Source: Methanobacteriota archaeon
Lineage (GTDB): Archaea > Thermoplasmatota > Poseidoniia > Poseidoniales > Thalassarchaeaceae
NCBI GenBank assembly: GCA_014239955.1
Contig: JAAZXW010000019.1
Location: forward strand, 53,298 to 117,297
Length of the DNA: 64,000 nucleotides
Direction: 5' to 3'
Positions within the stretch are counted from its first letter, which is position 1; each line of letters starts with the position of its first letter. Position numbers and translations under genes: made by a program. Positions 9,201 through 18,671 of the stretch are shown here, piece after piece. Under the pieces are notes generated by a model. It made no database searches. It worked only from the letters and a program-made list of their open reading frames with translations, and was not told where the DNA came from.

Positions 9201-9977
9201 TCAAGGAGCACCCCGAATTCTCAGAGTCTCGATAAACTGGTCTGCGAATTTCCTGTACATCACCCTCATAGATGCCTGTTGCTCTTCTATCGTTTGGGCC
9301 ATCAGTTCGTCTACCCATTCGTCGTCGATACCGCCTCCTTGGGCACTCTCAGCCCACTGTGCGAAAGTAATGGGGTCATCCACAATCAGCTCAATTCTCT
9401 TCCATGGCTTGGGAAATTTACTTCCAGGTGGCATGAAATCTCTTGCTCCTATTGACATTGTTATGGGAACTACTGGGACTTGTGGAAATCTTGCTGCTAG
9501 CCTAGCGAAACCGGTCTTTGCGGACTGAAGCAACGGGGGTGACCCCCTCCTCGACCTAGTCCCCTCGGGAAATATCCCCAGACAACGCCCGCTATCAATA
9601 ACATCGACTGCTCTCGCCAAAGCATCTCGGCCACCATCTTCTCTGAACGTCTCAATCTGCCCGGTCGATAGCATGACAAATCGATTCGGCTGCTTTTCGA
9701 AATGCCCTTCTTTGGCCATGAAATGGATGGGCCTCTGCGAAGCGAGGATCTTGACGAATGGATCTAGATTGCCAAGGTGATTTCCGCAGAATATAGCTGC
9801 ACCACCAGTTGGCACTTTATGAGCTCCCCTGATGTGCACATTAGTAACGCTTCTAAGCAGTGAGGGGACGTACTTCTCCAGGAATCTGTATATCAGCGGA
9901 GTAGAGAATCGCTCACCTGTGCCTTCGAGTCCGACAGATGAGGAAATCTTCTGGAGCGACTCATTGGATAGTCCCAT
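9201..9977 (-). CDS. plsC: lysophospholipid (1-acyl-sn-glycerol-3-phosphate) acyltransferase, PlsC/LPLAT family
   Basis: HxxxxD acyltransferase motif (CGNHLGNLD) and FPEGTRS motif. Confidence 0.7.
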   Translation of the reverse strand: MGLSNESLQKISSSVGLEGTGERFSTPLIYRFLEKYVPSLLRSVTNVHIRGAHKVPTGGAAIFCGNHLGNLDPFVKILASQRPIHFMAKEGHFEKQPNRFVMLSTGQIETFREDGGRDALARAVDVIDSGRCLGIFPEGTRSRRGSPPLLQSAKTGFARLAARFPQVPVVPITMSIGARDFMPPGSKFPKPWKRIELIVDDPITFAQWAESAQGGGIDDEWVDELMAQTIEEQQASMRVMYRKFADQFIETLRIRGAP

Positions 9978-10052
9978 GCGCCTCGCGCGTAGTTCACAGT
10001 TTCATACTTTACAGTTGAATACGTTGAATAATCAAAGCAATCAGAGTAGTCC

Positions 10053-11177
10053 ATGGGGGGGAGATTAACCACACTCATTGTCTCAGTCTTGCTTTGCTTC
10101 CCTTTGTTCGCCCCAACTGTCTCTGGTGATTGGGGGTCAGACACATGGCTCTCTAGCGTAATTGCAAAAGAACGACTAGATAGTGGTGATGAATTCGGCT
10201 GTCATGGGTATGAGGGGGTGGAGACTACTGAGGAGAATTGGGTCATTGCCTCCTGCAAGGAGTACTTGGAAGGGCTTACTAATGCCTCAAGGTGGGGCGC
10301 TTCTCCAGTTTCGTTCGGAATAAATTCCGCAATCGTTGATTCCCAAACAGGAAACTCACTGATATATTCAGGCTTTCAGATAGTTGGAGACATGGTGGCA
10401 GAGGCACCCGAGGGCCTCTCAATAGCTGTAAGAAACGGAGCCAGCCTAGAGAAAGGAGTAGCCGACAAATCGCTGATTGCATCTGCCGAGGAAGACTCTC
10501 TAATCAGTATCCACTGGAGGGCGAGAATTGACGATTTACGCATCAGGGAGGACAAGGATGTAATCTCCTGGTTGGAGGGGCAACAAGTCTGGTTCACAAC
10601 TTGGGGGGAATGGCACCATCACAGATCCTCAGGAATGTCTACATCAGCAAGTCTCGATGGTTCAACTGTTTCTATCCAGTCAACTACACAATCTAACGGG
10701 ATGGCCTCATGGGCAGTTCCTGGGACGATTATGGTCAAGTTCGACTCACCGGTTCTCTCAGTATCAGACACAGAAGGGAACGACCTTCCATTGCTATCGG
10801 CCGATGATAGAAAACTCATCGTTGGTTGGCGTGCAATTGAGGGTGGAATTATCGTAACCCAGTCTCCACAAACCACGGTGATAGTCGAGTTGGATGGTAA
10901 TCCCGAACGGATAGAAACTACGCCGTTGGCCACTTTCAACGACCTAAACTACTCAGTTACCATCGTCGGACACCATACAACCAATCTTTTCCGATGGACA
11001 CAGGACTTCTCTGGTACCGATCTAACATTCACATGGCTAATCGAGAGGCCATCAGACCATGTAGTTGGATGGAAATTACCACTTTTTGCAGCATCAATGC
11101 TCATCGCAGTCCCACTATCGATAGTATACTTGCTTCGAAACGACCAGTTCTTTGGCACTAGGAATCAGGACCGCTAA
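10053..11177 (+). CDS. secreted protein with N-terminal signal peptide and C-terminal TM anchor, function unknown
   Basis: MGGRLTTLIVSVLLCFPLFAPTVSG signal-like N-terminus; C-terminal hydrophobic LPLFAASMLIAVPLSIVYLL; no catalytic motif recognised. Confidence 0.5.
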   Translation: MGGRLTTLIVSVLLCFPLFAPTVSGDWGSDTWLSSVIAKERLDSGDEFGCHGYEGVETTEENWVIASCKEYLEGLTNASRWGASPVSFGINSAIVDSQTGNSLIYSGFQIVGDMVAEAPEGLSIAVRNGASLEKGVADKSLIASAEEDSLISIHWRARIDDLRIREDKDVISWLEGQQVWFTTWGEWHHHRSSGMSTSASLDGSTVSIQSTTQSNGMASWAVPGTIMVKFDSPVLSVSDTEGNDLPLLSADDRKLIVGWRAIEGGIIVTQSPQTTVIVELDGNPERIETTPLATFNDLNYSVTIVGHHTTNLFRWTQDFSGTDLTFTWLIERPSDHVVGWKLPLFAASMLIAVPLSIVYLLRNDQFFGTRNQDR

Positions 11178-12258
11178 TCAATGGACCTTCGATCTCAACT
11201 CCCTCTTTGATCATTCTCGAGACTATCCTACTGACGACTTCTGAAGAAAGTGCTTCTGGTGGATGCACCCCGAGTGGCAGCATGCCGGGGTCATTGAGCC
11301 ATTCTTCCACACAGCATACCGTAACTAACCCAGTGGACCTTGCCATAGAATGCCCATCAACCCCCCCATGATCTTGCACTCGCCAAGTCATCTTGGTTCC
11401 GTCATGGCCCTCTGCAAATACTTCCATCCATGTGAATTCAGGTATTTTTTCGTTATATTGCCATTCCGATGTGAGCCTCCTCACGTCTAATTCACCGGAA
11501 TCCCTCTCATCGATGAACTTCTGTATGTGACCAGGCCACCTCACAGTATACTCTGAGAGATCTTCAGCAGGAATGGAGTTGAGAACGCTCCGAAGCCCAT
11601 CCGTAAGGAAAGCCTCCATTTTTCCTTTCTCTGGGACGTCAATCTCATGCCTTTCCGAAAGAGCAGGCAAAGTCACTTGCTCTGAGTCCCTAACAACTCT
11701 TGCTGGCCTGGTGTACTCGGCAACGACGTCAATTGGTGAGAATGGAGCCATGTAGTTCCATCCAGAAGTAGGTCCCGTTGGATTCCCTCCAACCCTAACC
11801 TCACCATTCTTCAATACCCCTAATTGTCTGTATGCTTCAGATAGTAGCATGTTTGACAGGCCCGGGGCAATGCCAGTATCCCATAGGATGCTTGCACCGT
11901 AGTCCTTGGCTTTTTGTTCATCCCTGTCAGGCGTAAACTGGCTAAAGCTCAGATCGACAGTCCTCCATGGAAGCTCTGCAAGTGTTGTAGTGCTCGAATG
12001 CCCGATATCCCCGGGAAGCATATTGACCACAAGATCGCTCTTCGGGTCAAAGGTAAAACTTTCATCTGAGGTAATCAAATCTAACATCAGATCTACCGGG
12101 TCATTATCGGGCTCCAGATGATGCACCTCAATACCGGGAAATCCTAACACACGATGTGGTCGAGGGTCGTATGCATGGACTGAATATCCCGCTTCTGCGA
12201 ATTTTCTGGCCACATATGAACCTACGAGCCCTACTCCGAAGCAGTGTATTACGTTCAT
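11158..12258 (-). CDS. saccharopine dehydrogenase-family NAD(P)-binding oxidoreductase
   Basis: Rossmann start MNVIHCFGVGLVGSYVARKF and GIAPGLSNML motif typical of saccharopine/lysine dehydrogenase family. Confidence 0.65.
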   Translation of the reverse strand: MNVIHCFGVGLVGSYVARKFAEAGYSVHAYDPRPHRVLGFPGIEVHHLEPDNDPVDLMLDLITSDESFTFDPKSDLVVNMLPGDIGHSSTTTLAELPWRTVDLSFSQFTPDRDEQKAKDYGASILWDTGIAPGLSNMLLSEAYRQLGVLKNGEVRVGGNPTGPTSGWNYMAPFSPIDVVAEYTRPARVVRDSEQVTLPALSERHEIDVPEKGKMEAFLTDGLRSVLNSIPAEDLSEYTVRWPGHIQKFIDERDSGELDVRRLTSEWQYNEKIPEFTWMEVFAEGHDGTKMTWRVQDHGGVDGHSMARSTGLVTVCCVEEWLNDPGMLPLGVHPPEALSSEVVSRIVSRMIKEGVEIEGPLISGPDS

Positions 12259-12358
12259 GCCTCCCGGGGTGCGGATATGTTATTCGTTGTAACTGTCCGC
12301 ATATTTTTTCATTAATTCTAGCGATGCCTTGATTGGGTGCAATACTTGCCGCATATAT

Positions 12359-13741
12359 ATGGAAAAGGCCGGAAGGATAGACCCCTGGTCATCCGAGCAA
12401 TCCACTGACTATGCACGAATAGTCAGCCAATTCGGTCTTTCATCGGTCGACCCCGACTCTCTACCAAATCCTGGCATGTTACATCGTAGAGGGATTGTAT
12501 TTGCCCACCGAGATCTCGATGTAGTGGTTGACTGTATGGGTACTGGAGACCCATTCGGGGTACTTACCGGCTTGATGCCCAGCGGTAGGATGCACCTCGG
12601 ACATAGCATGGTAATTGAGCAAGTTCGCTGGTTCCAGGAGCAGGGTGCTGATGTAACCGTCGCCGTAGCTGACTTAGAGGCCTTGGCAACCCGTGGAACG
12701 CCCATATCACGGGGCCGTGAAACAGCACTCCGAGAATATGTTCTGAACTATGCCGCAATGGGGCTTGATCCCGATAACACCAATGTCTACTTCCAGAGTT
12801 CCAGACCAACTGTCCAGAGACTAGCCTTTACCCTCGGCCAGCGAACCAACCTTTCAGAATTCGAGGCAATATACGGTTTCAATGGGGAGTCTAATCTCGC
12901 TCACGTCCAAGCACCGCTAGTTCAAGTGGGTGACATTGTCCATCCTCAAATGGAAGAGTTCGGCGGACTAAGGCCAATCGTCGTACCTGTTGGGGTCGAT
13001 CAGGACCCACATCTGAGATTGACCAGGGACATTACACAGAAGACGAACTGGTTCAACGTTAAGCAGCGAAAGTCCGGGGGCCTCACCGTGGCACTTTCAG
13101 TTCAAGATTGCAACAAATCAGAACTTGGTGAGCCAGAATCAGGAAAGGTTGACATGAATTCCAGAACAAATGTAATTTCCAGTTTGGTAGGATCAATCAA
13201 GGAAATTGGATTCTCTGACGTAAAATCGAACCCTAAGCACGGAACTATAGATATCCCAGGCGCAACAATCGCGGATAGATCAAGAATTAGGATGAAGATG
13301 CTAGCAATAGAGCGTAAAATGGGTGGCATGGGTCTTTTTCCACCTTGCTCAACCTATCATAGGTTCGCTGTTGGAATGACAGGGGAAAAGATGTCATCTT
13401 CCAAACCAGAGACTACGATTTTCATGGATGACGATATTGAAGTCATGACAAAGAAGGTCAAGAGGGCCATTAGTGGGGGCCAACCCACAGTTGAGGAACA
13501 TCGACGGCTCGGTGGCAATGTCGCGAAAGACGTGGCATTCCAGTACTTGCAATTCTTCTTCGAGAAAGATGACGGGGCTTTGGATGAGATTCAACGCGAT
13601 TACGAAAGCGGCAGGCTCCTTGCCGGTGAGTTGAAGCAACTATGCATCGACAATGCTACCGAATGGCTGAACGAACTCAAGGAAAAGAGGGGGCAGTGGG
13701 AGGGCAGGATAAACGAGTTCCTAGCTCCTGATGCACTCTAA
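12359..13741 (+). CDS. trpS: tryptophanyl-tRNA synthetase (archaeal/eukaryotic type) with a ~95-aa insertion before the KMSKS loop
   Basis: PSGRMHLGH (HIGH), KMSSSKP (KMSKS-like), and C-terminal GGQPTVEEHRRLGGNVAKDVAFQYLQFFFEKDDGALDEIQRDYESGRLLAGELK collinear with human TrpRS ([53 protein letters not shown]). ORF track start is TTG at 12329; first ATG is 12359. Confidence 0.8.
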   Translation: MEKAGRIDPWSSEQSTDYARIVSQFGLSSVDPDSLPNPGMLHRRGIVFAHRDLDVVVDCMGTGDPFGVLTGLMPSGRMHLGHSMVIEQVRWFQEQGADVTVAVADLEALATRGTPISRGRETALREYVLNYAAMGLDPDNTNVYFQSSRPTVQRLAFTLGQRTNLSEFEAIYGFNGESNLAHVQAPLVQVGDIVHPQMEEFGGLRPIVVPVGVDQDPHLRLTRDITQKTNWFNVKQRKSGGLTVALSVQDCNKSELGEPESGKVDMNSRTNVISSLVGSIKEIGFSDVKSNPKHGTIDIPGATIADRSRIRMKMLAIERKMGGMGLFPPCSTYHRFAVGMTGEKMSSSKPETTIFMDDDIEVMTKKVKRAISGGQPTVEEHRRLGGNVAKDVAFQYLQFFFEKDDGALDEIQRDYESGRLLAGELKQLCIDNATEWLNELKEKRGQWEGRINEFLAPDAL

Positions 13742-14316
13742 CCCATCTCGAAAACGGGGACATCAGGTCCAGTTTCCAATCCCTCTTCCTCAATCTCGCT
13801 CAATTCTCGTGATTCGGCATCCTTGTGGATAATCTGGCTTCGTCCACGGGGGTCCAATAAGTCAACGCGAATTTCTTCGTCCCCCGATTTCGCAAGCCCC
13901 AGCCTTTCCAGAATTTGTTCTGCAATTTGCCCAGCCCCAGGGTCCTCGTTTCCTCTAATGACAGTCATGATAGCTTCTTCGAATCGTTTGATCACCCCTT
14001 CGATGTTTGTCACGTATCCACTAGATGACCCACCCGGAGAGACTTCCAAGTCTAGCTCTGGAATACGAATTGTACAAGATGACGATCTCACCACTCTTGC
14101 AGTCGTCTTTTCTGCTGAATCGACTACAATCGAGGAGAATCCAGGTTTTTCTCCATCGGATGGAATGAAGTCGGTATGCTTCCAGCCACATGAGTCACAC
14201 ATCACCGTGATCTGTGTGTGCTCGCCAAAGTATGGAATTTCGGAGTTCAATGCAAGCATTGAGAGGGAGCCCTCGTCATGGCATTGCGGACATGGTGCCT
14301 CTACCTTGCTCTGCAT
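13738..14316 (-). CDS. ZPR1-type zinc finger protein
   Basis: CPQCHDEG...EIPYFGE...CDSCGWKH: two CxxC pairs with the IPYF spacer characteristic of ZPR1 zinc fingers; about 190 aa like archaeal ZPR1 homologues. Confidence 0.6.
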   Translation of the reverse strand: MQSKVEAPCPQCHDEGSLSMLALNSEIPYFGEHTQITVMCDSCGWKHTDFIPSDGEKPGFSSIVVDSAEKTTARVVRSSSCTIRIPELDLEVSPGGSSSGYVTNIEGVIKRFEEAIMTVIRGNEDPGAGQIAEQILERLGLAKSGDEEIRVDLLDPRGRSQIIHKDAESRELSEIEEEGLETGPDVPVFEMG

Positions 14317-14320
14317 GAGC

Positions 14321-14710
14321 TCACTTCACCCGAGCACTCTCGAATGTCGGGGGAAGCAGAAGAAGTCGAGAGCTACCCAGACGCACTAACTGCCCATTCA
14401 AGTCCCCTTCAACGAACTCCTGGATGTTGCCCACGGCCAACTGCAGTTCCATGTCCCTCGACATCAAACCGGTCATCTCCACGATCACAATGTCGCCATC
14501 AGCAATCCAATCCATCAGTTGCGCTATCCCTGTCACATCTTCGAGCAGAGCTCTGTGTACAATTACATCACCTTCGGACCTAGGGACAGGAGCATCCGGG
14601 AATTTGGTGCCGAGGTCGTGGTATGGCTCCCCAGGTTCGATTTTACCGAGGTTTTGATCTGAAATGCTTGGCATCTCAACCCACTTGGGTCCATTATCTC
14701 CCGAACGCAC
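14321..14710 (-). CDS. sepF: SepF-like (DUF552) cell-division protein
   Basis: GDVIVHRALLEDVTGIAQLMDWIADGDIVIVEMTGLMSRDMELQLAVGNIQEFVEGDLNGQLVRLGSSRLLLLPPTFE follows the SepF C-domain pattern; GTG start, alternative ATG at 14674. Confidence 0.45.
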   Translation of the reverse strand: MRSGDNGPKWVEMPSISDQNLGKIEPGEPYHDLGTKFPDAPVPRSEGDVIVHRALLEDVTGIAQLMDWIADGDIVIVEMTGLMSRDMELQLAVGNIQEFVEGDLNGQLVRLGSSRLLLLPPTFESARVK

Positions 14711-14853
14711 ACCTGTTCGACATACATTTGACGCTTCATACCTTCTACCTTGGCAATATGAATTGCCTCATTGTAATGTAAATCCATGCAACCCCACATC
14801 CCGTCGCATTGATAAGGGGGCGATTTTAGTCAATATCACTGGCAACTCCGTCG

Positions 14854-15489
14854 GTGGTTACTATGGACGCAACTACTACAGCAATCAAGACTGGCACGAG
14901 CACAATCGGCATTACATACGATGGTGGAGTAGTAGTTGGTGCCGATCATAGAGCAACCATGGGACATTTCATAGCAAACAAGTCCGTTCAGAAGCTATTC
15001 CGCATTTCTGACAACATCGCTCTGACCACTGCTGGACTAGTTGGGCATGCTCAATCGTTATCCCGGGTTCTTGCTGCTGAGTTGAAGCTTTACGAGTTAA
15101 AGCGGGACACTCCTATGACCGTAAAGGGTGCAGCCACATTTACTGCAAACATTCTATCTGGCCGACCTCATTACGTCCAATTGCTTATTGTTGGGGTCGA
15201 CCCATCCGGATCTAGCGTCTACAGTATCGATTCTGCTGGTGGGTCTATTCCTGATGTTTACTGCGCTACTGGTTCTGGTAGCCCATACATGTATGGTGTT
15301 TTAGAGGACCAATTTAAGGATGGGATGACTAGGCAACAGGCACTGACTGTGGCCGCAAAGTCCCTTCTTGCATCAGCCCAGAGGGATGCTGCGAGTGGAA
15401 ATGGCATGGATCTGGCATACATCACAAATGATGACGGTTTCACACAGCTATCCGAAGAGGAAGTCAGCGAGCTTCTCTCTTCACTATGA
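14854..15489 (+). CDS. psmB: proteasome beta subunit
   Basis: Short propeptide then mature TSTIGITYDGGVVVGADHRATMG..., Ntn-hydrolase proteasome beta signature. Confidence 0.9.
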   Translation: MVTMDATTTAIKTGTSTIGITYDGGVVVGADHRATMGHFIANKSVQKLFRISDNIALTTAGLVGHAQSLSRVLAAELKLYELKRDTPMTVKGAATFTANILSGRPHYVQLLIVGVDPSGSSVYSIDSAGGSIPDVYCATGSGSPYMYGVLEDQFKDGMTRQQALTVAAKSLLASAQRDAASGNGMDLAYITNDDGFTQLSEEEVSELLSSL

Positions 15490-15548
15490 TCACATTCCCG
15501 GCCCTAGCGCCGACTTGGCCTAGTCGTTGAGGATATGAGGAGAACGTT

Positions 15549-17465
15549 ATGCGTCTGACGCTACCAGAGATAAAGAAGAAGATTTCCAAGCTAATACCTG
15601 AGGGTATTGTTTTCGAGGTCACTCTAGAAGCCGGATCCATAGCGATCATCACAAAGCAACCTCGCGAGTTCTCCGGCGGTGGCGAGAGTCTCACTGTCAG
15701 AATCGCCAAGGCAATCAAACGCAGGGTCGTGATTAGGCCACACCCCGATATCCTGGCCGATGACACCGAAGTGCACGATGCCGTGAATAGAATCATCCCT
15801 CCCGAAGCCATGGTCAGGAACACATGGCTGGACCCCGCTCTATCCGAGGTAATCCTCGAATGTGACGACCCCTCTTCGGCAGTAGGCCCAAAGGGCGTCC
15901 ATGTGAATGCCCTCAGGGATGAAATTGGCTGGCTTGTCAAGATCGAGAGAGCACCGGCGAGAGAAAGTCGGACACAACACGACATCCGCAGATATAGGAA
16001 GGAACTCGCCGACGAGAGGAAATCGCTTCTGAAGAAATTTGGAACTAGGATTTATCGCCCCCAAAGGCCCGGGGAACCGTGGGCCCGCGTATCTGCCTTG
16101 GGCTCATACAGGGAGGTCGGCAGGGCCATGCACCTGGTAACCACTAACGAATCCAAGGTGCTCGTGGATGTCGGTGCCAAGCCAACAAACAACCAAAATG
16201 AGGTTCAGCCTTTCTTCTCAGCCCCTGAACTGCTGCCATTGGACAATCTCGACGCTGTTGTCATCACCCATGCTCACGTAGATCACATTGGAATGCTGCC
16301 AGTACTATTCAGATATGGCTACAAGGGGCCAGTCTACTGCACACCACCCACTCGCGATCTGATGACTCTTCTCCAGATTGACTACATCAAAGTCTCTCAA
16401 GCAGAAGGCAACGAGGCCCCTTACTCAAAGGCAGACATACAAGAGTGCATCAAGCACGTCGTTGACGTAAACTGGGGTGACAAGACCGACATCGCTCCCG
16501 ATGTGAAGATGACAATGGAGAATGCAGGACACATACTCGGTTCCTCAAGCGTTTACATGCAGATCGGCGAGGGCAAGTCAGAGCACAGGCTCCTATTCTC
16601 GGGCGACATCAAATACGAGAAATCATGGTTGTTCGACGCGGCAACCGTTCGCTTCCCAAAGGTGGACACACTTGTAATAGAGTCGACTTACGGAAGTCCC
16701 CAGAGTATCCAACCTACCAGGCAGCAAGCTAGCCAGGAATTGCAGGATCTTGTAACGGACGCCTTGAATAGGAAGGGCAAGATATTCTGCCCGGTCTTTG
16801 CAGTCGGAAGGTCCCAGGAGGTCATGCTTGCAATTGACGAGCTCTTCAAGTCCGGCCGGGTTCCACCTGTTACCGTATGGCTGGATGGCATGATTACCGA
16901 GGCGAGTGCGATTCATTCGAGCCATCCTAATTTCCTGAACAGGGAACTCAAGAAGAAAATGCTCAAGGGAGGTGACCAGAACCCATTCAATTCACCATGG
17001 TTCAAGCAAGTAGACTCACGTGAGTTACGTGAGTCCATACTCCTTGATCCGAGCCCATGCATCGTTCTAGCCACTAGTGGGATGATGACTGGCGGCCCGA
17101 TTATCGAGTATCTAAAGCACTGGGCACCCGAGCCCGGGAATACACTTTGCTTCGTAGGTTACCAGGCCTCCGGAACCCTCGGAAGGAGGCTCCAGGAGGG
17201 GCATTCGCACGTCCCGCTTATGGACAAGGGTCAGACACTGATGCTAGACGTGAAATGCAACATGGTGATCATCGATGGATTCAGCGGTCATTCGGATAGA
17301 AACCAGCTAATGGACTACGTCTCCGCCCTGAACCCGACACCGAGGAAGATCATCTGTCACCACGGTGACCCTCAGACGTGTAATGCCTTCAGGATGGGTC
17401 TTCGTGATAGATTCAAGGTACAGACCTACGCTCCAGCTAACCTCGAGACTCTGAGGCTTTCTTGA
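15549..17465 (+). CDS. beta-CASP/metallo-beta-lactamase ribonuclease aCPSF1 (FttA-type transcription termination factor) with N-terminal KH domains
   Basis: N-terminal KH-like region, HxHxDH motif (VVITHAHVDHIGMLP), beta-CASP region, length 638 aa typical of aCPSF1. Confidence 0.85.
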   Translation: MRLTLPEIKKKISKLIPEGIVFEVTLEAGSIAIITKQPREFSGGGESLTVRIAKAIKRRVVIRPHPDILADDTEVHDAVNRIIPPEAMVRNTWLDPALSEVILECDDPSSAVGPKGVHVNALRDEIGWLVKIERAPARESRTQHDIRRYRKELADERKSLLKKFGTRIYRPQRPGEPWARVSALGSYREVGRAMHLVTTNESKVLVDVGAKPTNNQNEVQPFFSAPELLPLDNLDAVVITHAHVDHIGMLPVLFRYGYKGPVYCTPPTRDLMTLLQIDYIKVSQAEGNEAPYSKADIQECIKHVVDVNWGDKTDIAPDVKMTMENAGHILGSSSVYMQIGEGKSEHRLLFSGDIKYEKSWLFDAATVRFPKVDTLVIESTYGSPQSIQPTRQQASQELQDLVTDALNRKGKIFCPVFAVGRSQEVMLAIDELFKSGRVPPVTVWLDGMITEASAIHSSHPNFLNRELKKKMLKGGDQNPFNSPWFKQVDSRELRESILLDPSPCIVLATSGMMTGGPIIEYLKHWAPEPGNTLCFVGYQASGTLGRRLQEGHSHVPLMDKGQTLMLDVKCNMVIIDGFSGHSDRNQLMDYVSALNPTPRKIICHHGDPQTCNAFRMGLRDRFKVQTYAPANLETLRLS

Positions 17466-17738
17466 TCATAGTACTGGTATGTCAAAACCAGCCTCGGTAG
17501 GATCTCCGACCCCTCCATCTTCGACCACGTCGGCATCATCCGTCCAATCACTCACCAGATCTGATCCGAATGAGGGTTCATTTACGTGCCTTGTCATGGC
17601 AAAACCAGATGGTATTGGTGCGAGAAGCAGCAGCGCCCATGCCTCTGCAGTAATCGTCTTTTCAACAATCATTAGCACTACTGATATGGTTACCAGGGAA
17701 GCTGAAATTCCAAGTGCCAACCTTCGGATCCCATCCAT
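17466..17738 (-). CDS. small hypothetical membrane protein (90 aa)
   Basis: Two hydrophobic segments (LALGISASLVTISVVLMIV; WALLLLAPIPSGFAM); convergent with aCPSF1; overlaps the alternative + ORF, so weakly supported. Confidence 0.2.
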   Translation of the reverse strand: MDGIRRLALGISASLVTISVVLMIVEKTITAEAWALLLLAPIPSGFAMTRHVNEPSFGSDLVSDWTDDADVVEDGGVGDPTEAGFDIPVL

Positions 17739-18265
17739 ACTCAGGCCCCTTAGGGGGGCTCAGATGTTCATCTTTGTCACGACAAAGTGATGAACCTAGA
17801 TTATTGGGCAATGTCGTGAATCATACCTGGCAATTGCTCCGTTGTGAATGTGGGCATTCGTTTGGTCGGATTTGTGGTGGCTCTGGAAGATGCACCCGAT
17901 GCGACTCATCACGATGCAGGGTGATCTCCGATTTTGACAACTCGATACTTCTAGCAGATGCAGTTTCTAATGCGAATCTCCCGAAGGAAATCGCTCAGGA
18001 CCTCGCTTCTCGGCTGCATTCTAAGGAGAAGAAGGCTGCACACAGTGAAACAGATCAAGGGAGCTCACGTTCGAAGCTTCTCCGAGCAATGCATGATGCT
18101 ACGGATGATAATGGCATGTTGAGCATCGCTTCTTTAGCGGACGAACTATCCAAGTTAGGATTCGTAGAGACATCTCCAGACTACTTGATCGGGCAAGCAG
18201 AAATCGAAGGTATGCTGCTTAGGCATGACTCGAACTCATGGACGTGGCTCCAGCAAAGTTCATGA
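17714..18265 (+). CDS. hypothetical protein with N-terminal Cys-rich zinc-ribbon (CECGHSFGRICGGSGRCTRCDSSRC) and helical C-terminal domain; start uncertain (GTG)
   Basis: Seven Cys in 25 residues arranged CxC...C...CxxC...C; no in-frame ATG near the N-terminus (GTG at 17714 or 17814); sits immediately upstream of tRNA-Pro. Confidence 0.35.
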   Translation: MPTFGSHPYSGPLGGLRCSSLSRQSDEPRLLGNVVNHTWQLLRCECGHSFGRICGGSGRCTRCDSSRCRVISDFDNSILLADAVSNANLPKEIAQDLASRLHSKEKKAAHSETDQGSSRSKLLRAMHDATDDNGMLSIASLADELSKLGFVETSPDYLIGQAEIEGMLLRHDSNSWTWLQQSS

Positions 18266-18292
18266 CGACTCACCGGATGCAATGATACAACT

Positions 18293-18370
18293 GGGCCTGT
18301 GGGTTAGTCTGGTCTATGCTTGTTGCTTTGGGAGCAATAGACCCTGGTTCGAATCCAGGCAGGCCCACCA
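18293..18370 (+). tRNA. tRNA-Pro (anticodon UGG), 3' CCA encoded
   Basis: Acceptor stem GGGCCTG/CAGGCCC, T-arm CCTGG-TTCGAAT-CCAGG, anticodon stem GTTGC/GCAAT with loop TTTGGGA (UGG, G37), discriminator A followed by CCA. D-stem pairing is poor, so isotype is tentative. Confidence 0.75.
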
Positions 18371-18422
18371 CTTTGTTGCCATGCCTCCGCGGCACAAGAT
18401 CGGCACTCCATAATCACCAGGG

Positions 18423-18671
18423 GTGGCGCAACGGACCTCACTACGTTCAAGCCGTGCACCTCCATGGATAATCGTGCAATGGTTCGACTATGGGGTGGAT
18501 GCCCCTCCGAAGTGGCAGCTCGTTTCCCATCTCGTTTTCGCAATCGTAGCCATAGTGCTCGGATATTTGTACTGGGGAATTGGGGGGGCGGTTGGGGGCT
18601 ATCTCACAGAAAGAGTCGCCTCTAAGATAATTTGGTGGCCGTATAGGGATGCCATCTCTGAAGAAGAGTAA
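18423..18671 (+). CDS. small hypothetical membrane protein (66-82 aa) lying between repeat copies R1 and R2
   Basis: Hydrophobic/Gly-rich core LVFAIVAIVLGYLYWGIGGAVGGYL; only GTG starts available; the N-terminal RTSLRSS is encoded by repeat R1, so the real start may be the downstream GTG (about 18471). Confidence 0.25.
   Translation: MAQRTSLRSSRAPPWIIVQWFDYGVDAPPKWQLVSHLVFAIVAIVLGYLYWGIGGAVGGYLTERVASKIIWWPYRDAISEEE
18433..18464 (+). repeat. direct repeat copy R1 (GGACCTCACTACGTTCAAGC core + CGTGCACCTCC tail)
   Basis: Exact 20-nt core shared with 18687..18706; tail resembles copy R3. Confidence 0.85.

Noticed and set aside
13030-13330. Intein in TrpRS
   Set aside because: Insert is only about 95 aa, lacks N-terminal Cys/Ser and C-terminal HN + Cys/Ser/Thr splice junction residues; treated as an insertion domain.
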